Source: Eledone cirrhosa (lineage: Eukaryota). From it: a stretch of 64,000 bases of DNA. The notes under the pieces are model-generated. The model searched no databases. It saw nothing but the letters and a program-made list of their open reading frames with translations, and was not told the DNA's origin. The position numbers were made by a program, and so were the translations under genes. This document shows, piece after piece, positions 1 to 12,008 of the stretch (the first letter of the stretch is position 1; every line of letters starts with the position of its first letter). The stretch is from the NCBI GenBank assembly GCA_964016885.1, contig OZ024741.1, forward strand, positions 157,294,001-157,358,000, given 5' to 3'.

Positions 1-394
1 ACAGTGGCATAGTGGTATGCTGTAAAATGATACAGGGAAACACATGGCTTTGGGTTTTTGTTTATATTTTTTCTTATATTTTAGTTGGTTTTATAATTGC
101 TTGAGTATAAATTTAACTATAAAATTCCAAGTGAGTGGTTTGATTAACTGACATGTATAAACATAGGAGTGAAATACAAAAATATAGAAAAATAAGGAAA
201 GAGAATGCTCCCCATCTCATAAAACATGTAAGAGAGGTGAGATAGGTATTCATTAATTTCACTATACTTCCTCCCCCCCCCCCCTTCTGTGTGAGAGAGA
301 GAGAGACACAGAATTTAGTTGAGTGATTTGCTGTACTACAAACATCCATCCACAAGTATTAACAAGTGTGACAATACTAAAAGTAAATATAGTG

Positions 395-1312
395 AGAGAT
401 AAAAAAAAAAAAAGTAACAGATCTGGACACAATGCAGCAATGGATCCCAGACTGGCAACTCAAGCCGGCTGTGGACAAGTGTACCACCATGCATTTTGGG
501 AGGAAAAAACCAGCGTCCACATACTCCCTCCACAACGCTAATATCAAGAAGTCTTCTTGTGAACGTGACTTGGCATTACTGTCAGCAGCGATTTGTGTTG
601 GACAAAGCACATCTCTAAAATTGTCAAGAAAGCCGAGGGTGCCTTGGTATCACTCAGCAAGACCTTTGTCAGTCACTCTCCAGCTATCTATTTAAGGCTG
701 TACATGGCTATGGTGCGACCACACTTAGAATTTGCATCACTAGTCTGGAACCCCTATCTTGCTCAGAACATACCTTCTGGAAACTGTTGAGGGACGTGCA
801 ACCAAGCAAATACCCTCCATTAGGCATCCACCATACTCTGAATGCCTTGCTTCCCTGGGCATAGATACATTGAAGCTCTGACGTCTGGCAACTGACTTGG
901 TAAACACCCACAAAACTATTAATCATCTTGCCAACAACAACCCTGAGCACCATTTTGAATTCCATGTGTCTAACACATGTGGGCATGGATACAAAGTCAG
1001 AAAACAGCACAACTCCCATGAATTTCAGAAACATTTTTTCAGTACCAGAGTTGCTGAAGCATGGAACTAACTACCTGCATCAGTTGTTAGCTGCCAGAGA
1101 CACTGCATCCTTTGAAACATCCATGCTTCCTGAAATTCACCAACACTACACCTAATATCCCTCCTCCATACACACACACACATGTATATTATGACTCATA
1201 CACTGTTTATTTTCCTGACATTTGTACATTATTCTATGTACTATACATGCACCTTTGATGAGTTGTAGCGCACCTGAGCACTGTACACAATAATTTCATT
1301 ATTATTATTATT
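395..1312 (+). mobile_element. CR1/L2-type LINE 3' fragment (degenerate RT C-terminus, 3' UTR, (ATT)n tail)
   Basis: Frameshifted peptides KCTTMHFG, ERDL, LYMAMVRPHLEFASLVWNPY; ends in attattattatt; a second copy lies at 15123-15610. Confidence 0.8.
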
Positions 1313-2197
1313 AAGACTACATGGGGTGCTCTTGGTAAGACAGAGACAACAGAGTAAAGAAAACTGTCTGGCCCTGTCAAGTACTTGTAAGCCTCCATCA
1401 TGCTGGCACCATAATAAAATTCACCCAATACACCCTGTAATATATTTGGGAATGTCAATATCTCTAGGGCTGGTGCCATGGTAAACTGCACCAAGTACAT
1501 TCTAGCATGGTATTAGTGAGGCCAGAATAACATATACTCAGTGCACTCTTTAAAGTGCTAGTGTTGGTGTCATGATAAAATAGGATGGAGGACAAGTGTG
1601 ATCCAAGGTGGTTACTCTGACAGTAGCCAAGACATGACCCTCGATGAGTTTGGAATCTATGAGGTTGTGTAAATACTTTGAACTTGAATCAGAAGTAGAG
1701 GACTGCTGGCATGTGTATGAATTGATGGTAGCATGGTCAGGCATACTTGGGATGGATGCCTGACCAAAGCTCAAAATATCGTCATAGGTAAAATTCCACC
1801 GCTATTAATGACAGTGTTGGGGAGATCACGATGAGCAAATCAAAATAGAAAACTCACTCCCAAGCATTGAATTGTCATACTAGATGTGTTCACCAATACA
1901 TCTACTGCATAAGAGATAGTTTATTCTTCTACATTTATGTAGTTTTATATATTTTAAGTTTCCCAAAATCCAAATGTATGGTTGTTTAACATGTGTAGGG
2001 ATATTTGCATTTATTTTCATTTTCTTTAATTTTTACAATTCCTTTCATGGTTGTGAAACGTTATAGTTTTCATTAAAATGGTAAAATAATCCCTATATAT
2101 TATTCTTTTAAAAATTTGGTGAAAAATATGTGAAATAAAATGTTATAATTCTCCCTAAACCCTTAATTGTGTCGTTATATATTCACACACACACACA

Positions 2198-2945
2198 CAT
2201 CATCATCATCATCATCATCGTTTAACGTCCATATTCCACGTTCGCATGGGTTTGGACGGGAGTTTTCCCACTTGAGGCAAGAGTGGTTGTCTTGCTCGCA
2301 TAGGACTGTCTGGCGGGTTTTCTACGGCTGGATGCCCTTCCTAAACCAACCACATTTACAGTGTGGAACTGGGAGGTTTTTACTGTGTTACCTACACGGT
2401 CACATTACAGCGTGGACTGTGTGATTTTTTGTCATGACACCTACACGACCTCATTTGTTTCGGGCTGTTGCAAGGGGTGGTGTGGATGGGGTGGGGGTAG
2501 TGGGACAGGGGTGTATTTTGTTAGAGGTGCCTACTGACTGTAGTAGGTTTCACTTTGCACTTAGGTAAGGCGGGTCTTCTCTATTACTGTGTAGCGCCAA
2601 AGATCTCGGTCCAGTGACATTGTCTTGGAGAGGTGTAAGTGTGTGAGGTCGGAATTTATCAAGTCGTCCCAGGTTTTTCTGGGTCTGCCTACTCCGTGGC
2701 TACCGTCTATTTTTATATCCCTGCACTTTTTTATACAGCTGTCGTCTTTCATGCGCATCACGTGACCATACCAACGTAGTCTTCTCTCGAGTAAACAACA
2801 TCTGATCCCTCTTATTTCTAATTTCTCCCTTAGTTCGTTTATGCTTTGCCGTTCACGTATATTACTATTACACATCCAGCGGAGCATGCAAGCTTCGTTT
2901 CTCTCCAGTCTGCGTATATCCTCTGCACACAATGCCCAGGTCTCA
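2198..2945 (-). mobile_element. RTE-clade LINE 3' fragment with (GAT)n tail
   Basis: ORF 2561-2974 contains [23 protein letters not shown] and GRPRKTW. The 3' UTR carries the GGATGCCCTTCC motif. Same family as 39533-43342. Confidence 0.88.
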
Positions 2946-2968
2946 CACACACATATATATAAATAAAT

Positions 2969-3290
2969 ATACATGGGTGTGTATGATTATGTATAGAAGA
3001 TTATATAAATAAAAGGAATTCCAGCTTTGTCTGATTTACTTGTTTTATTTACAATCCTTTAAAATGTATAAAATGGTATTAGAATGAAATAGTATGGTAG
3101 AATATTAAATGTTAAGTGTTAATTGAACAAGTACTTTCATGCTTTCGCAATCTTCAGGTTCATATTCTGTGGTGACAGTCAAATTTGACAGTTGAAAATT
3201 GCAAAACTTGACTGTCACCACAGAATATGAACCTGAAGATTGGTATTCTACCATACTTTTTCATTCTAATACCATTATACATTTATATAC
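2969..3290 (-). mobile_element. PLE pLTR-derived fragment with partial inversion (same family as 46045-46453)
   Basis: Near-identical to 46045-46330; internal inverted repeat about 3149-3241; flanked by TA repeats. Confidence 0.7.
3124..3162 (-). ncRNA. Minimal type I hammerhead ribozyme
   Basis: Reverse complement reads UGAAC-CUGAAGA-U UGC GAAA GCA U-GAA-AGUACU-U/GUUCA: stem I UGAAC/GUUCA, palindromic stem III. Confidence 0.75.
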
Positions 3291-3459
3291 ATTATACATT
3301 CTAATACCATTATACATATATATATATATATAGAGAGAGAGAGATTATAAATATATATGATGATGATGATGTGTGTGTATGCTGAAGGTTCAGTAAGGCC
3401 AAAGAAAGCTGGTGAGAGTATATAATGGTTTTTCATAGAAGAATTGAAAGAAACTACAA

Positions 3460-3595
3460 TTAAATAAGGTACTAAATACATTAAATAGAGAGGCCACATG
3501 ATTTATTTCAGAGAGAAATTACTTCTACTGGACTTGCACAGTTTCAACTGAATGAAACAGTACTAGTCCTGTAGAAACCATTTCTATTTGAAATA
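3460..3595. mobile_element. Decayed palindromic copy of the 7013-7210 HHR element
   Basis: gaatgaaacagtactagtcctgtagaaacc matches 7093-7122; short inverted arm 3522-3546; the CUGAUGA half is missing. Confidence 0.5.
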
Positions 3596-3829
3596 AATAA
3601 TGTATATATATATATATATACCCAAACACACATATATATATATATGTACATACACACACACATATATATATATATGTAGCAGACATGAAAAGAATGATTA
3701 TATATATATATGCATACACATGTGTGTGTGCATGTGTGTATGAAAAATAAAAATATAAATAACACAGGGAAAAGATACAGTACAATGAAGATATATATTA
3801 GTTTAACGCTTGATATAGTAGGAAGTGAG

Positions 3830-3864
3830 TTTTAACATTTCAGACATTAGTCCTTCGTCGGAAG
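3830..3864 (-). ncRNA. Decayed minimal hammerhead-like motif
   Basis: Reverse complement reads CCGACGA-A-GGAC UAAU GUCU-GAAAUGUU; core U4 is mutated and stem I is weak. Confidence 0.35.
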
Positions 3865-4063
3865 ATAGAATGAAAAATAAAAGATGAAATAGAAATACAG
3901 ATGAGAGCAACAACAGTAAGAAACAGAAAAAAACATTTTTGGAAAGAGAAAGCATGTTTTAATTTAGCCATATACATACATATATATATATGTATTATAT
4001 ATATATATATACACATACATATACACCAAGAGAGAAAGAGAGAAAAAGCAATGGTTAACATAC

Positions 4064-4187
4064 CCTCACTAAATATTACTTCTTTCTTCAAGCAGAGAAT
4101 TTCTTGGTAACCTTTGCGGAATGCTTCACTTCGAAGGGCATAAATGACAGGGTTGCAGGCACTGTTCAGGTAGGCAAACAAGTAGAC
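4064..4187 (-). CDS. GPCR second coding exon (TM7 NPxxY and helix 8)
   Basis: Acceptor ttctattgtatAG at 4189-4188, phase 0, matching the upstream donor. Translates VYLFAYLNSACNPVIYALRSEAFRKGYQEILCLKKEVIFSE. Probable GTATGT donor at 4063-4058. A terminal exon was not identified. Confidence 0.88.
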
Positions 4188-4916
4188 CTATACAATAGAA
4201 AATACAAATATCAGGCTGAGATTATAAGTTTTGGGGTTGACTATTGACCACCATGGAAATAGCAATGTGGGCCTTCTGACAGATTTCATACTGAACTATA
4301 GAACAGCTTCAAAATTAATCAGCAGCAGAAAAGAACATACACAGAACATGTGTTTCAAGGCCTTTTCCTTGATAAATAAGAGGGTAGCATTGCAGGCCCC
4401 ATTACAGAGCTCATTCTTATCATAATGTACTTTTTGAGACAATGTTTTATAGCCTGATTCCTTTTTTTTCTGCCAAAAGGTTTAGTTGCCTCTTACAACA
4501 TGCAGGGCTACATTGTACCTATTCTACATTAGATACACACAGTAGAAGAACTGAAGTGTACAAACAAGTATTTTAAGATCATTTTCCTCACTAAAGCAGG
4601 AGCTAACCTTGTAGGTCTCACCATTATAGGCTTCATACTGATCATAGGCTTCATTTTGATGGAACGTTTTATGGCCGGTTGCCTTTCTTGGTGTCAACCT
4701 TTTTAGTTGCCTCTTATAACAGACAGGGATATAGTGTATCTATTTTAAATTTGGTGTTGAATAAAGGAATACAACAATAACCAGTACTTTTAGGTCATTT
4801 TGTCTGCTAAAGCATGGGGTACTTTTTCAGGCAATGTTTTACAGTCAGATGTCCTTCTCGATGCCAATCCTTTTAGTCATCTCTTATGACATATAAAGAA
4901 GGAAGAGGTATAATTA

Positions 4917-5448
4917 CACTTTAGTGTCACTCCAACGATTTTGTTTCCTTGTAACTTTCTTAATAATGTTTTTTTTTCCAACAAAATTTTGCGCAGAGAT
5001 GCCTTTTCCATGATACAGATTACGGTTATGTGGATAAAACTTTTAAAAGTTATTTACATTTTAATATACATTCATTATTCTGTAAAGTTCTATTTGTTAA
5101 TGTTTTCATTTATTGAATACTTCCAAATTATGTTTGTACTAGGCTAAACATAAACTAAAACACTTTTCAACCATGCCTTCTAATTTTATGTTGTGATTGA
5201 ATAATATTAATAATTGAATAATATTAATCCAAATAATGTCATAAATTTTGTATTGAAACACAATATGATTTCTACAACTATGAGCAGTAAAAAATATATA
5301 TATCAATTCTTCTTTATTATTTAATTTTATCAACATAACTGTAATGTATACCTTGGAAAACATCTCTGCAAAATTTCAAAATATATGCATCTTTAAGAAA
5401 ATTATGAAGAAACAAATTCTAAGCAGTGGGAGTGGGAACACTAAACTG
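4917..5448. mobile_element. Tc1/mariner-type MITE with long imperfect TIRs in the GPCR intron
   Basis: TA|cactttagtgtcactcc... versus ...ggaacactaaactg|TA; arms pair imperfectly over more than 100 bp (e.g. aaattttgcgcagagatg / catctctgcaaaattt). Confidence 0.6.
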
Positions 5449-5482
5449 TAGTTATGTCAGAAAAGAATTAAAAAGTACTTAC

Positions 5483-6319
5483 CACAGGATTCATGATGGG
5501 GTTAAATTTCAGGGACTTATTTAAGGAGACATACATGGAATATATATGGTAAGGCATCCAACAGAGGATGTAACAGGCAAGGACAATAAACAGAGTGAAG
5601 ATCACCTTCTTCTGTTGAGCTAAAATGGTATCTTTCCTTAGTCGGGTATTCTGCTGTAAGCGCTTTGTATGGGCACGGATCTCTCGGTACATACTTATAT
5701 AAGTAAACGCCAGAACAGAGAGTGGTATTCCAATAGCTGTCACCTGAATAATCACATGGTGAATATAGCTGTTCATGTCATTAGGGTACAGAGGACCACA
5801 CTGAGAGGTGCCACTTTTGAAGCACACCTGGGTCAACCCAGTGATGGTAATTGTACCACAAAATATTGCCCAAATCCAAACAGCAGCCATCATTATGAAA
5901 ATCCGTGAAACAGTTACGAATCTGCTGAAAGGGCGTGTGATAGAAAAGTACTTGTGTACACTGATATACATCAGTGTGTGACATGAAGCTATGTAACACA
6001 TTGCATTCATGAATCCATTCACATTGCAGAAGCGTTCTCCAAAAATCCACCTTCCAGACATGACTGTAATAAGTGTAATGGGTGCCATTAATATTCCAAC
6101 TAGAAAGTCTGCTATTGCCAAGTTGAGTAGAAACAGATTGGTTCTGGTGCGCATCCCTTTATGTCGTAGGATGACTGCGATGACGAGAAAGTTTCCAACA
6201 ATTATACATATCATGACAAAGATGAAAACTATGGATAGCACCACAGTCTGAGACAAATTCCAGGGACTCTCTATGAAAGTATTGTTGGCATTTAAGTCGA
6301 CACATCCTGATGCATTCAT
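5483..6319 (-). CDS. Class A (rhodopsin-like) orphan GPCR, main coding exon (N-terminus to end of ECL3; 279 codons)
   Basis: The ORF has TM1 GN (VGNFLV), TM2 LAIAD, ECL1 W-x-F-G...C, TM3 ending SVHKY, TM4 W and TM6 CWMPY. First in-frame ATG is at 6319, with an in-frame TGA at 6361-6359. GTAAGT donor at 5482-5477. An upstream acceptor (ttctttctgtcttttaacAG) places the exon start at 6424. Confidence 0.92.
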
Positions 6320-6972
6320 TGTGCTGTTCTGATATGATTTCCTATTCAAAATTATGAATCAGCACCACAATCACCACCTATCTTCTTACGTCATCATCAA
6401 TTCCATGAAAATCTTTGGTAAATCCTGTTAAAAGACAGAAAGAATATATGAATAAACAATATTATTTAATACCAATCCACCAAAAACCATTCCTTGTTTC
6501 TATAGTAGAAGTTTATATTTATCTGCAAAGCTTCCATCATAATTTTATGTAAGAACCTTTGTTAAGCTCCAAACACCAACTTAGTCATGAGAAAGATAGT
6601 TACTTTACTAACTCCCTCCAATAATTTGAAAATAATTTGAAAATAATAAGCAGTGTCTTTCATTAGAGATAAGGTAACAGAATTTACTCAAAGTAACAGG
6701 AGTTTGAGTAACTATGTGTGTGTAACTGTGTTGCACACACAGTTACATTACAAATGACAGCAGCAACCTTACGCCATCAGCCCCTTGCTGGTAGTGCAGT
6801 TTCTTGCATTAAGGTGGTACTGCACTTGGGATGTTAGTTTACACAACAGATCGAATGATTGATCTGATGGTGGGATACATGTGAGACAATAACAAAACAA
6901 AACAGAGAATGGACAGGAAAATTTATGGTTGTCTTTTGACAAAAAGAGAGATTAATATGTAATGTGTGTGTG

Positions 6973-7021
<49 letters not shown>

Positions 7022-7025
7022 AAAG

Positions 7026-7074
7026 GCTTCTACAGGACTAGAACTGTTTCATTCGGGAGAAATCATCAGGAAGC
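7026..7074 (-). ncRNA. Type I hammerhead ribozyme (mirror copy)
   Basis: Exact reverse complement of 7073-7121. Confidence 0.8.
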
Positions 7075-7121
7075 TTCCTGATGATTTCTCCCGAATGAAA
7101 CAGTTCTAGTCCTGTAGAAGC
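7073..7121 (+). ncRNA. Type I hammerhead ribozyme
   Basis: GCUUC-CUGAUGA-U UUC UCCC GAA U-GAA-ACAG(UUCUAGUC)CUGU-A/GAAGC; predicted cleavage after 7116 (GUA). Confidence 0.8.
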
Positions 7122-7427
7122 CTTTTCTATATTAAATATTTATACTCTGCTTTGTATTGAGTACCTTACTTACTGTGGTTACCCCCGATTGAACCCGGGA
7201 TAAACTTTATATATATATATATATATATGTGTGTGTGACATGTATATACAGGTAAAAAAATGAAAGAACAGCAAAGAGAACAACACATTACAATAACAGT
7301 ATATTAGTTTAATGCTTAAAAGCAATAATAAAATTATATATATATATATTTATATATAAAGTGCAAATAAGAAAAGAGTACTATATATATAAACTGAGTT
7401 AATATTTATATATTATGATTCGTAGAT

Positions 7428-7624
7428 ATGATATTCCATTTGCAACCAATTGTTTCATAAACTAACAAAATTTGCAGAACTAAGCTATAGATGCTAATTA
7501 TATCTTCATCTGTGAATGTGAAATGTGTATGCACATTCATCTGAAGATATGACTAACGTCCATAGCTTGTAGTTCTTCAAGCTTTGTTAGCTTATGAAAC
7601 CATTTGTTGCAAATGGAATATCAT
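7428..7624. mobile_element. Imperfect inverted repeat containing a decayed hammerhead with long stem II
   Basis: CUGAAGA (7541) ... AUGACUAAC/GUUAGCUUAU ... GAAAC CAUUU GUU; arms atgatattccatttgcaac / gttgcaaatggaatatcat. Confidence 0.5.
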
Positions 7625-9105
7625 GTGTAATATATATATATACATATATGTAATGTATATATATATATTACATGTACATACCCCACCTAATTTGAATGTA
7701 TCCATGTGTGTGTCTGTCTATGTATGAGTATATGTTTGTACGTGTCTGTATTAAATAAGTTAGCCAGCTGCTAAATCACATAGACATACAAACATCAGCC
7801 TTGCTACACTTCATCAAATTGTTACATGATACCACTTTATACAATTAATAAAGGTCACCCCACTATTGCAAATTACCCCTGCCCAGAAAACTTCCTACAT
7901 TCTGACTTCTAAAGACAAAATATAAATTTTTCAAACTATGAACTTTTATCCTCTCAGATGAAACAGTTCAAATTATTTTACCTTTTACTGATTTTACTCA
8001 TTTTTTGTGTGTATCCATTCTCTGTGTATCTTGTTTAGAACAGATACACAGAATCCCTACATGCTGTAAAAGTTAACTAAAGATATTGGTAAAACATTGC
8101 CACAAAAAGGCAACCTTATGATAAGTATAAAGTTTATCAGGGCCTGCAAGGCTCACCTCTTGTTCATCAGATAAAATGGCATAAGAATGTATGTACGTAC
8201 GTATACATGCATGTATGTATGTGTATGCATTTGTGTGTGTGTGTGTATGTATGTGAGTATTATGAATACATGGAAATGTGTATATGCATGTATTTCCCAG
8301 AAAAATATACATTTTCCTGGGAAATATAATATAAGTTAAAACACACTCAGATCTCAGGAGAGAAACTCTAATCTGTACATCCAGAGTTCATATGGCACTA
8401 AACACTACCAGCAACTAACAACACTAACAACAACACTACCCCCACCCCACACCCACAACAACAATGGCAACTGGAACAAATTAAACTACAAATTAGCAAC
8501 AACACTTCTGCCAAAATAACTAAGTGTTATTATTTGTCGACAGGTATGGCACTGCCAATAAATTTTTTAGTGTTCCTCACCTGGTCTTCACCAGCACTTA
8601 TCTAGTTAACATTTACTGCTCTCTCTCTCTCTCCCAGATGCTCCCAGACAGCTTTTATCATCATCTGCATCATTTGTACAGCAAATAATAATACCAATAA
8701 TAATTTCTTGAAGAAGACGTAGTTATATTTTATCCTATCTTATTCATCATGCAAACAAACATTCTTCAATCTCGCTTCTCTGCCCGACAACCAGCTTTCT
8801 CTTTTCGTTATAATTATTTCTAAGCATGCACCTGTAGAATGGAGAAGCACAAGTAAGAAAAGGCACTTGTCATAGTGATGAGGATGACAGTGGATTTCTA
8901 GTGCTTTTATTCCATGAGTTGCTCTTGGAAGTCTCCCTCTATTGGGAAATTCTTCTGTTTTCCTTTTTATTGTCACCTATTTATTTTTCTTATTATTTTT
9001 ATTTTCTTACAAGTATTTCATGTAAACCCACACGGTACTGTCCTGTAGCATCATCGATCTTTATGTAAATCCTTGTAGCTAATAATAAAATCAATATTAT
9101 TATTA

Positions 9106-9330
9106 GTGGCGGTGGATTAGTAGTAGGTCGGGGGTCGGACGCCATGGTTTGCAGCATAGAGTTACGGCCCTTTATGATCTAAGTTCAAATCCTGCCACGG
9201 TTAACTTTGCCTTTCATCCTTACGGGGTTGATAAAATAAAGTACCAATCATGCACTGGGGTCGATTTAATCAACTTCTCCCTCCCCCCCAAAATTGCTGG
9301 CCTTGTGCCTATATAAGAAATAATTATTAT
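9106..9330 (+). mobile_element. tRNA-derived SINE family A (Meta-like central domain)
   Basis: B-box-like agttcaaatcc, core ctttgcctttcatccttacggggttgataaaataaagtacc, (ATT)n tail; more than 10 copies in the window. Confidence 0.8.
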
Positions 9331-9792
9331 TATTTTATTAGCTTTTATCTGAAAGATTTGCTTATGCCAGAGTTAATTATTAGAGTCAAGCTGAGATCAT
9401 TGGATTGGTTCCAAACAATGTAGAAATACATAATTTCAGTAAATCTTTTGTAAGATGATGATGATGATGACATATATGTGTGATTGTGTGTATACACCAT
9501 GGAAAATGAAGACGGGGGGGGGGGTCTGTAAAGGTATATGTATCAGACCTCTCAACTCTCCCCATCGGACTGGGAGATCTCACACCCATTTTGGGGTGGG
9601 TGAGAGAGGTCTTCCCTTGTGAAAATGGCTATAGCTTTCATTATGTAAAATCTCCCCATTTTACCTCATTTCGAGCCATTTTGGGGCACTGTTTGGGCTT
9701 TTAAAGGTTGACAGGTCTGATGTATATTCTGTATAGTTGTTTTTGTTATTTTATTTTTATGTTTTTTTTTTTTTGTGGACAAAATATATCCT

Positions 9793-10140
9793 TTAAACTT
9801 TTTGATACCAACCCACCCAAAACTATCTTTGGTTCTATGAAATAAAAAATTGAAACCTTCAAACATAATTTTATATGTTAATTTACCACATGTTAATTTA
9901 CTATCATAGAAATAAAATATCTTATTTTTTTTGTAAATCGCTTAGATTCTTCATGAACCTTCTTCATACTAAACTGCCTAAACCTGTCTCAAGTTCTATA
10001 ACACAAAACAACAACAAAAAAAAACATTTTAAAGGTTTCCTATTTATATTAAAACCTTCCAACATAATTCTATATAAGAACCATTTGAAGTTATGTTACA
10101 AATACCATCTTAATAATGAAATATGGTTATAAATGGGTTA
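9793..10140. mobile_element. piggyBac-like MITE family copy
   Basis: ttaaactttttgataccaa...aaatgggtta; shares aaccttcca...taagaacc with copies near 6470, 12700, 24570, 26350, 26540 and 28527. Confidence 0.5.
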
Positions 10141-11786
10141 TGATGTGGCTGCTTCTCAAATCAACTACTTTTATTTCAATGAAGAAAACTCTTTACTGTT
10201 GCTTGAAATAACAGACAGATCTCCCTCAAATCACAACATACTGTCTAAAAATAAAAATGGAAAAGACGGCCACCGTTTAATGTCTATTTCCCTTGCTAGC
10301 ATGTACTGATACTAAACTAGTCAGGTGACCTTGTCTTGCTTTTAAGTTCTGTTTCTAGCAAAGCTTCTAAGGCTGGATGCCCTTCCTAATGCCAACCACT
10401 TTACAGAGTGTACTGAGAGCATTTTATTGTGACTCTGACACTACCACCTTACAAGATGAACTGGATGCTTTTTATTGTGGCACCGACTTTACCACTTTAC
10501 AGTGTAATCTGGGTGCTTTTCATTGTGGCATCAGCACTACGGCTTTACAGTGTGGGCTAGGTGCATTTTTATCATGGCAATAGCACTGGAAAGGCTTTGA
10601 TGTGTAATACATTTGGATAATGTAGTGTTCCAAGATATACAAAAGATATGTGCTTATCATTGGACATGGGCAATGTAATGCTAAATATAGAAGAAAAACA
10701 GCATCGTCATGAGTAAATCGACTTTTATTATAAATCTACTCAATCAGGGTCAACCCAGGGCTAAAATAACTAAAACAATAACAGCAATACACAATGGACA
10801 ATCTAGATTTGAATATACAATAAGAGACAGGATTGTCATAACTGGAACAACTTGAATAATGAGAATGTGTGTAGAAATCAGTCATGTATTAGATTAGTCC
10901 CTTTTATTTCCCTCAGAAGACATTTTGATCTCGAAATGTCAGGACATATAAATAAATTAAGGTAAAAACATAACATCTTGTTTTGTCTGATTTCTTTGGT
11001 CATCTATTTTGCAGTGCCGTGGCACTGTGTGTGTGTGTAGGTGGTAAAGAAGTGAGTCTGAATGTTCGAGTGAGTGGCTGTGTAGTATAACTGAGTGTGA
11101 TGCTATGGTTAGTTATAGTGTGATATTTGGGGGAAGCTATTTTGCCAATTTTACAAATAAAAACACATACTATTTGACTTTCACTTCAGCTTTATTATTG
11201 TAATTAGTTACTGATTATTTTATCAAAGGTCTTTTGTCACACATTCTGTGATCTCATCAATGACTATGTGTTCTTCCCTGTGTCTCCTCTTTCTGGTCTT
11301 ATTCTGTTTACTCCACCTTGTCTTTCTGTGGTACGTTTTCTTGTCTGCGTATGTGTTTGCATCTGTGCCTGTGTGTGTCTGTGTTTGGCATGTTTATGTG
11401 TATCTTGTGTGCATGTGTGTGGGTTTGTATATTGCACTGTTTGTTACTGTTCTTTTTCTCTTATGTGTCCTATTCTGTCTTCAGGTGTTAAATTGTTGGG
11501 CGGAGGTGTTACTATTCTATTCATGCTTTCTGTTGAGGCTCAGTCTACTTCTTTTTATGTGTATGGCCTTCATAATCTATCTGTGTCAGTTCTATGTATG
11601 GATAAGATATTTGCTTCTATTTATCTACTGAGCCTCCATTTTCTAGATCATTGGGAACTCAGACATGCCCCACAAGCCACACATTTACCTTTTGCAAAAT
11701 ACAAATTTATGGCTTTAGGGGAAGATCCTAGCTCTTTATGATCTTTTTGATGCGAAATGAAAAAAAAGATTCTTGTAGAACTAAAA

Positions 11787-11904
11787 GTTTGCAACCATAT
11801 CATGCTGAAAACATTAGTTCTCATCTGATCACCAACGTTAAGTAGCATTGAGCATAGTTAGTACTTAGATGGGTGATCGCTTGGGAAACCTAGGTGCTGA
11901 AGGA
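11787..11904 (+). pseudogene. 5S rRNA pseudogene
   Basis: About 118 nt matching the metazoan 5S pattern (ccatatca..tgaaaaca..gttctc.tc.gatcacc..gttaag...gttagtactt.gatgggtga.cgc.tgggaa..c.aggtgctg) with many substitutions and no oligo-T terminator. Confidence 0.85.
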
Positions 11905-11917
11905 ATAAAACAAAGTG

Positions 11918-12008
11918 AAGGCACATGGCTTAATAGTTAGAGATTTGGATTTGCAATCATGAGGTTGCGAATTTGATTCATGGACCGGGTGATGCGTTAT
12001 GTCCTTGT
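11918..12008 (+). mobile_element. tRNA-derived SINE family B head
   Basis: gaaggcacatggcttaatagttag... is the reverse complement of the ends of the copies at 15611-15718 and 20500-20598. Confidence 0.6.

Larger units (their letters stand above)
7013..7134. repeat. Perfect 122-bp palindrome (inverted PLE pLTR fragment) between TA tracts
   Basis: Centre aag|ctt at 7073/7074; the arms are exact reverse complements. Confidence 0.95.

Noticed and set aside
1550-1904. Candidate terminal GPCR exon
   Set aside because: Possible acceptors near 1905 and 1802 give only short tails in the required phase; the longer ORF is phase-incompatible with the 4063 donor. Cannot be supported without cDNA.
6320-6349. 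TTG start of the 293-aa ORF
   Set aside because: Eukaryotic gene; the first ATG is at 6319, and the ORF's last residues run into the intron.
10911-10943. Hammerhead-like CAGAAGA...GAAAUGUC
   Set aside because: Core mutated and stem II does not pair; at best a relic.
11787-11904. Functional 5S rRNA gene
   Set aside because: Many helix-breaking substitutions, solitary, no T-run terminator.
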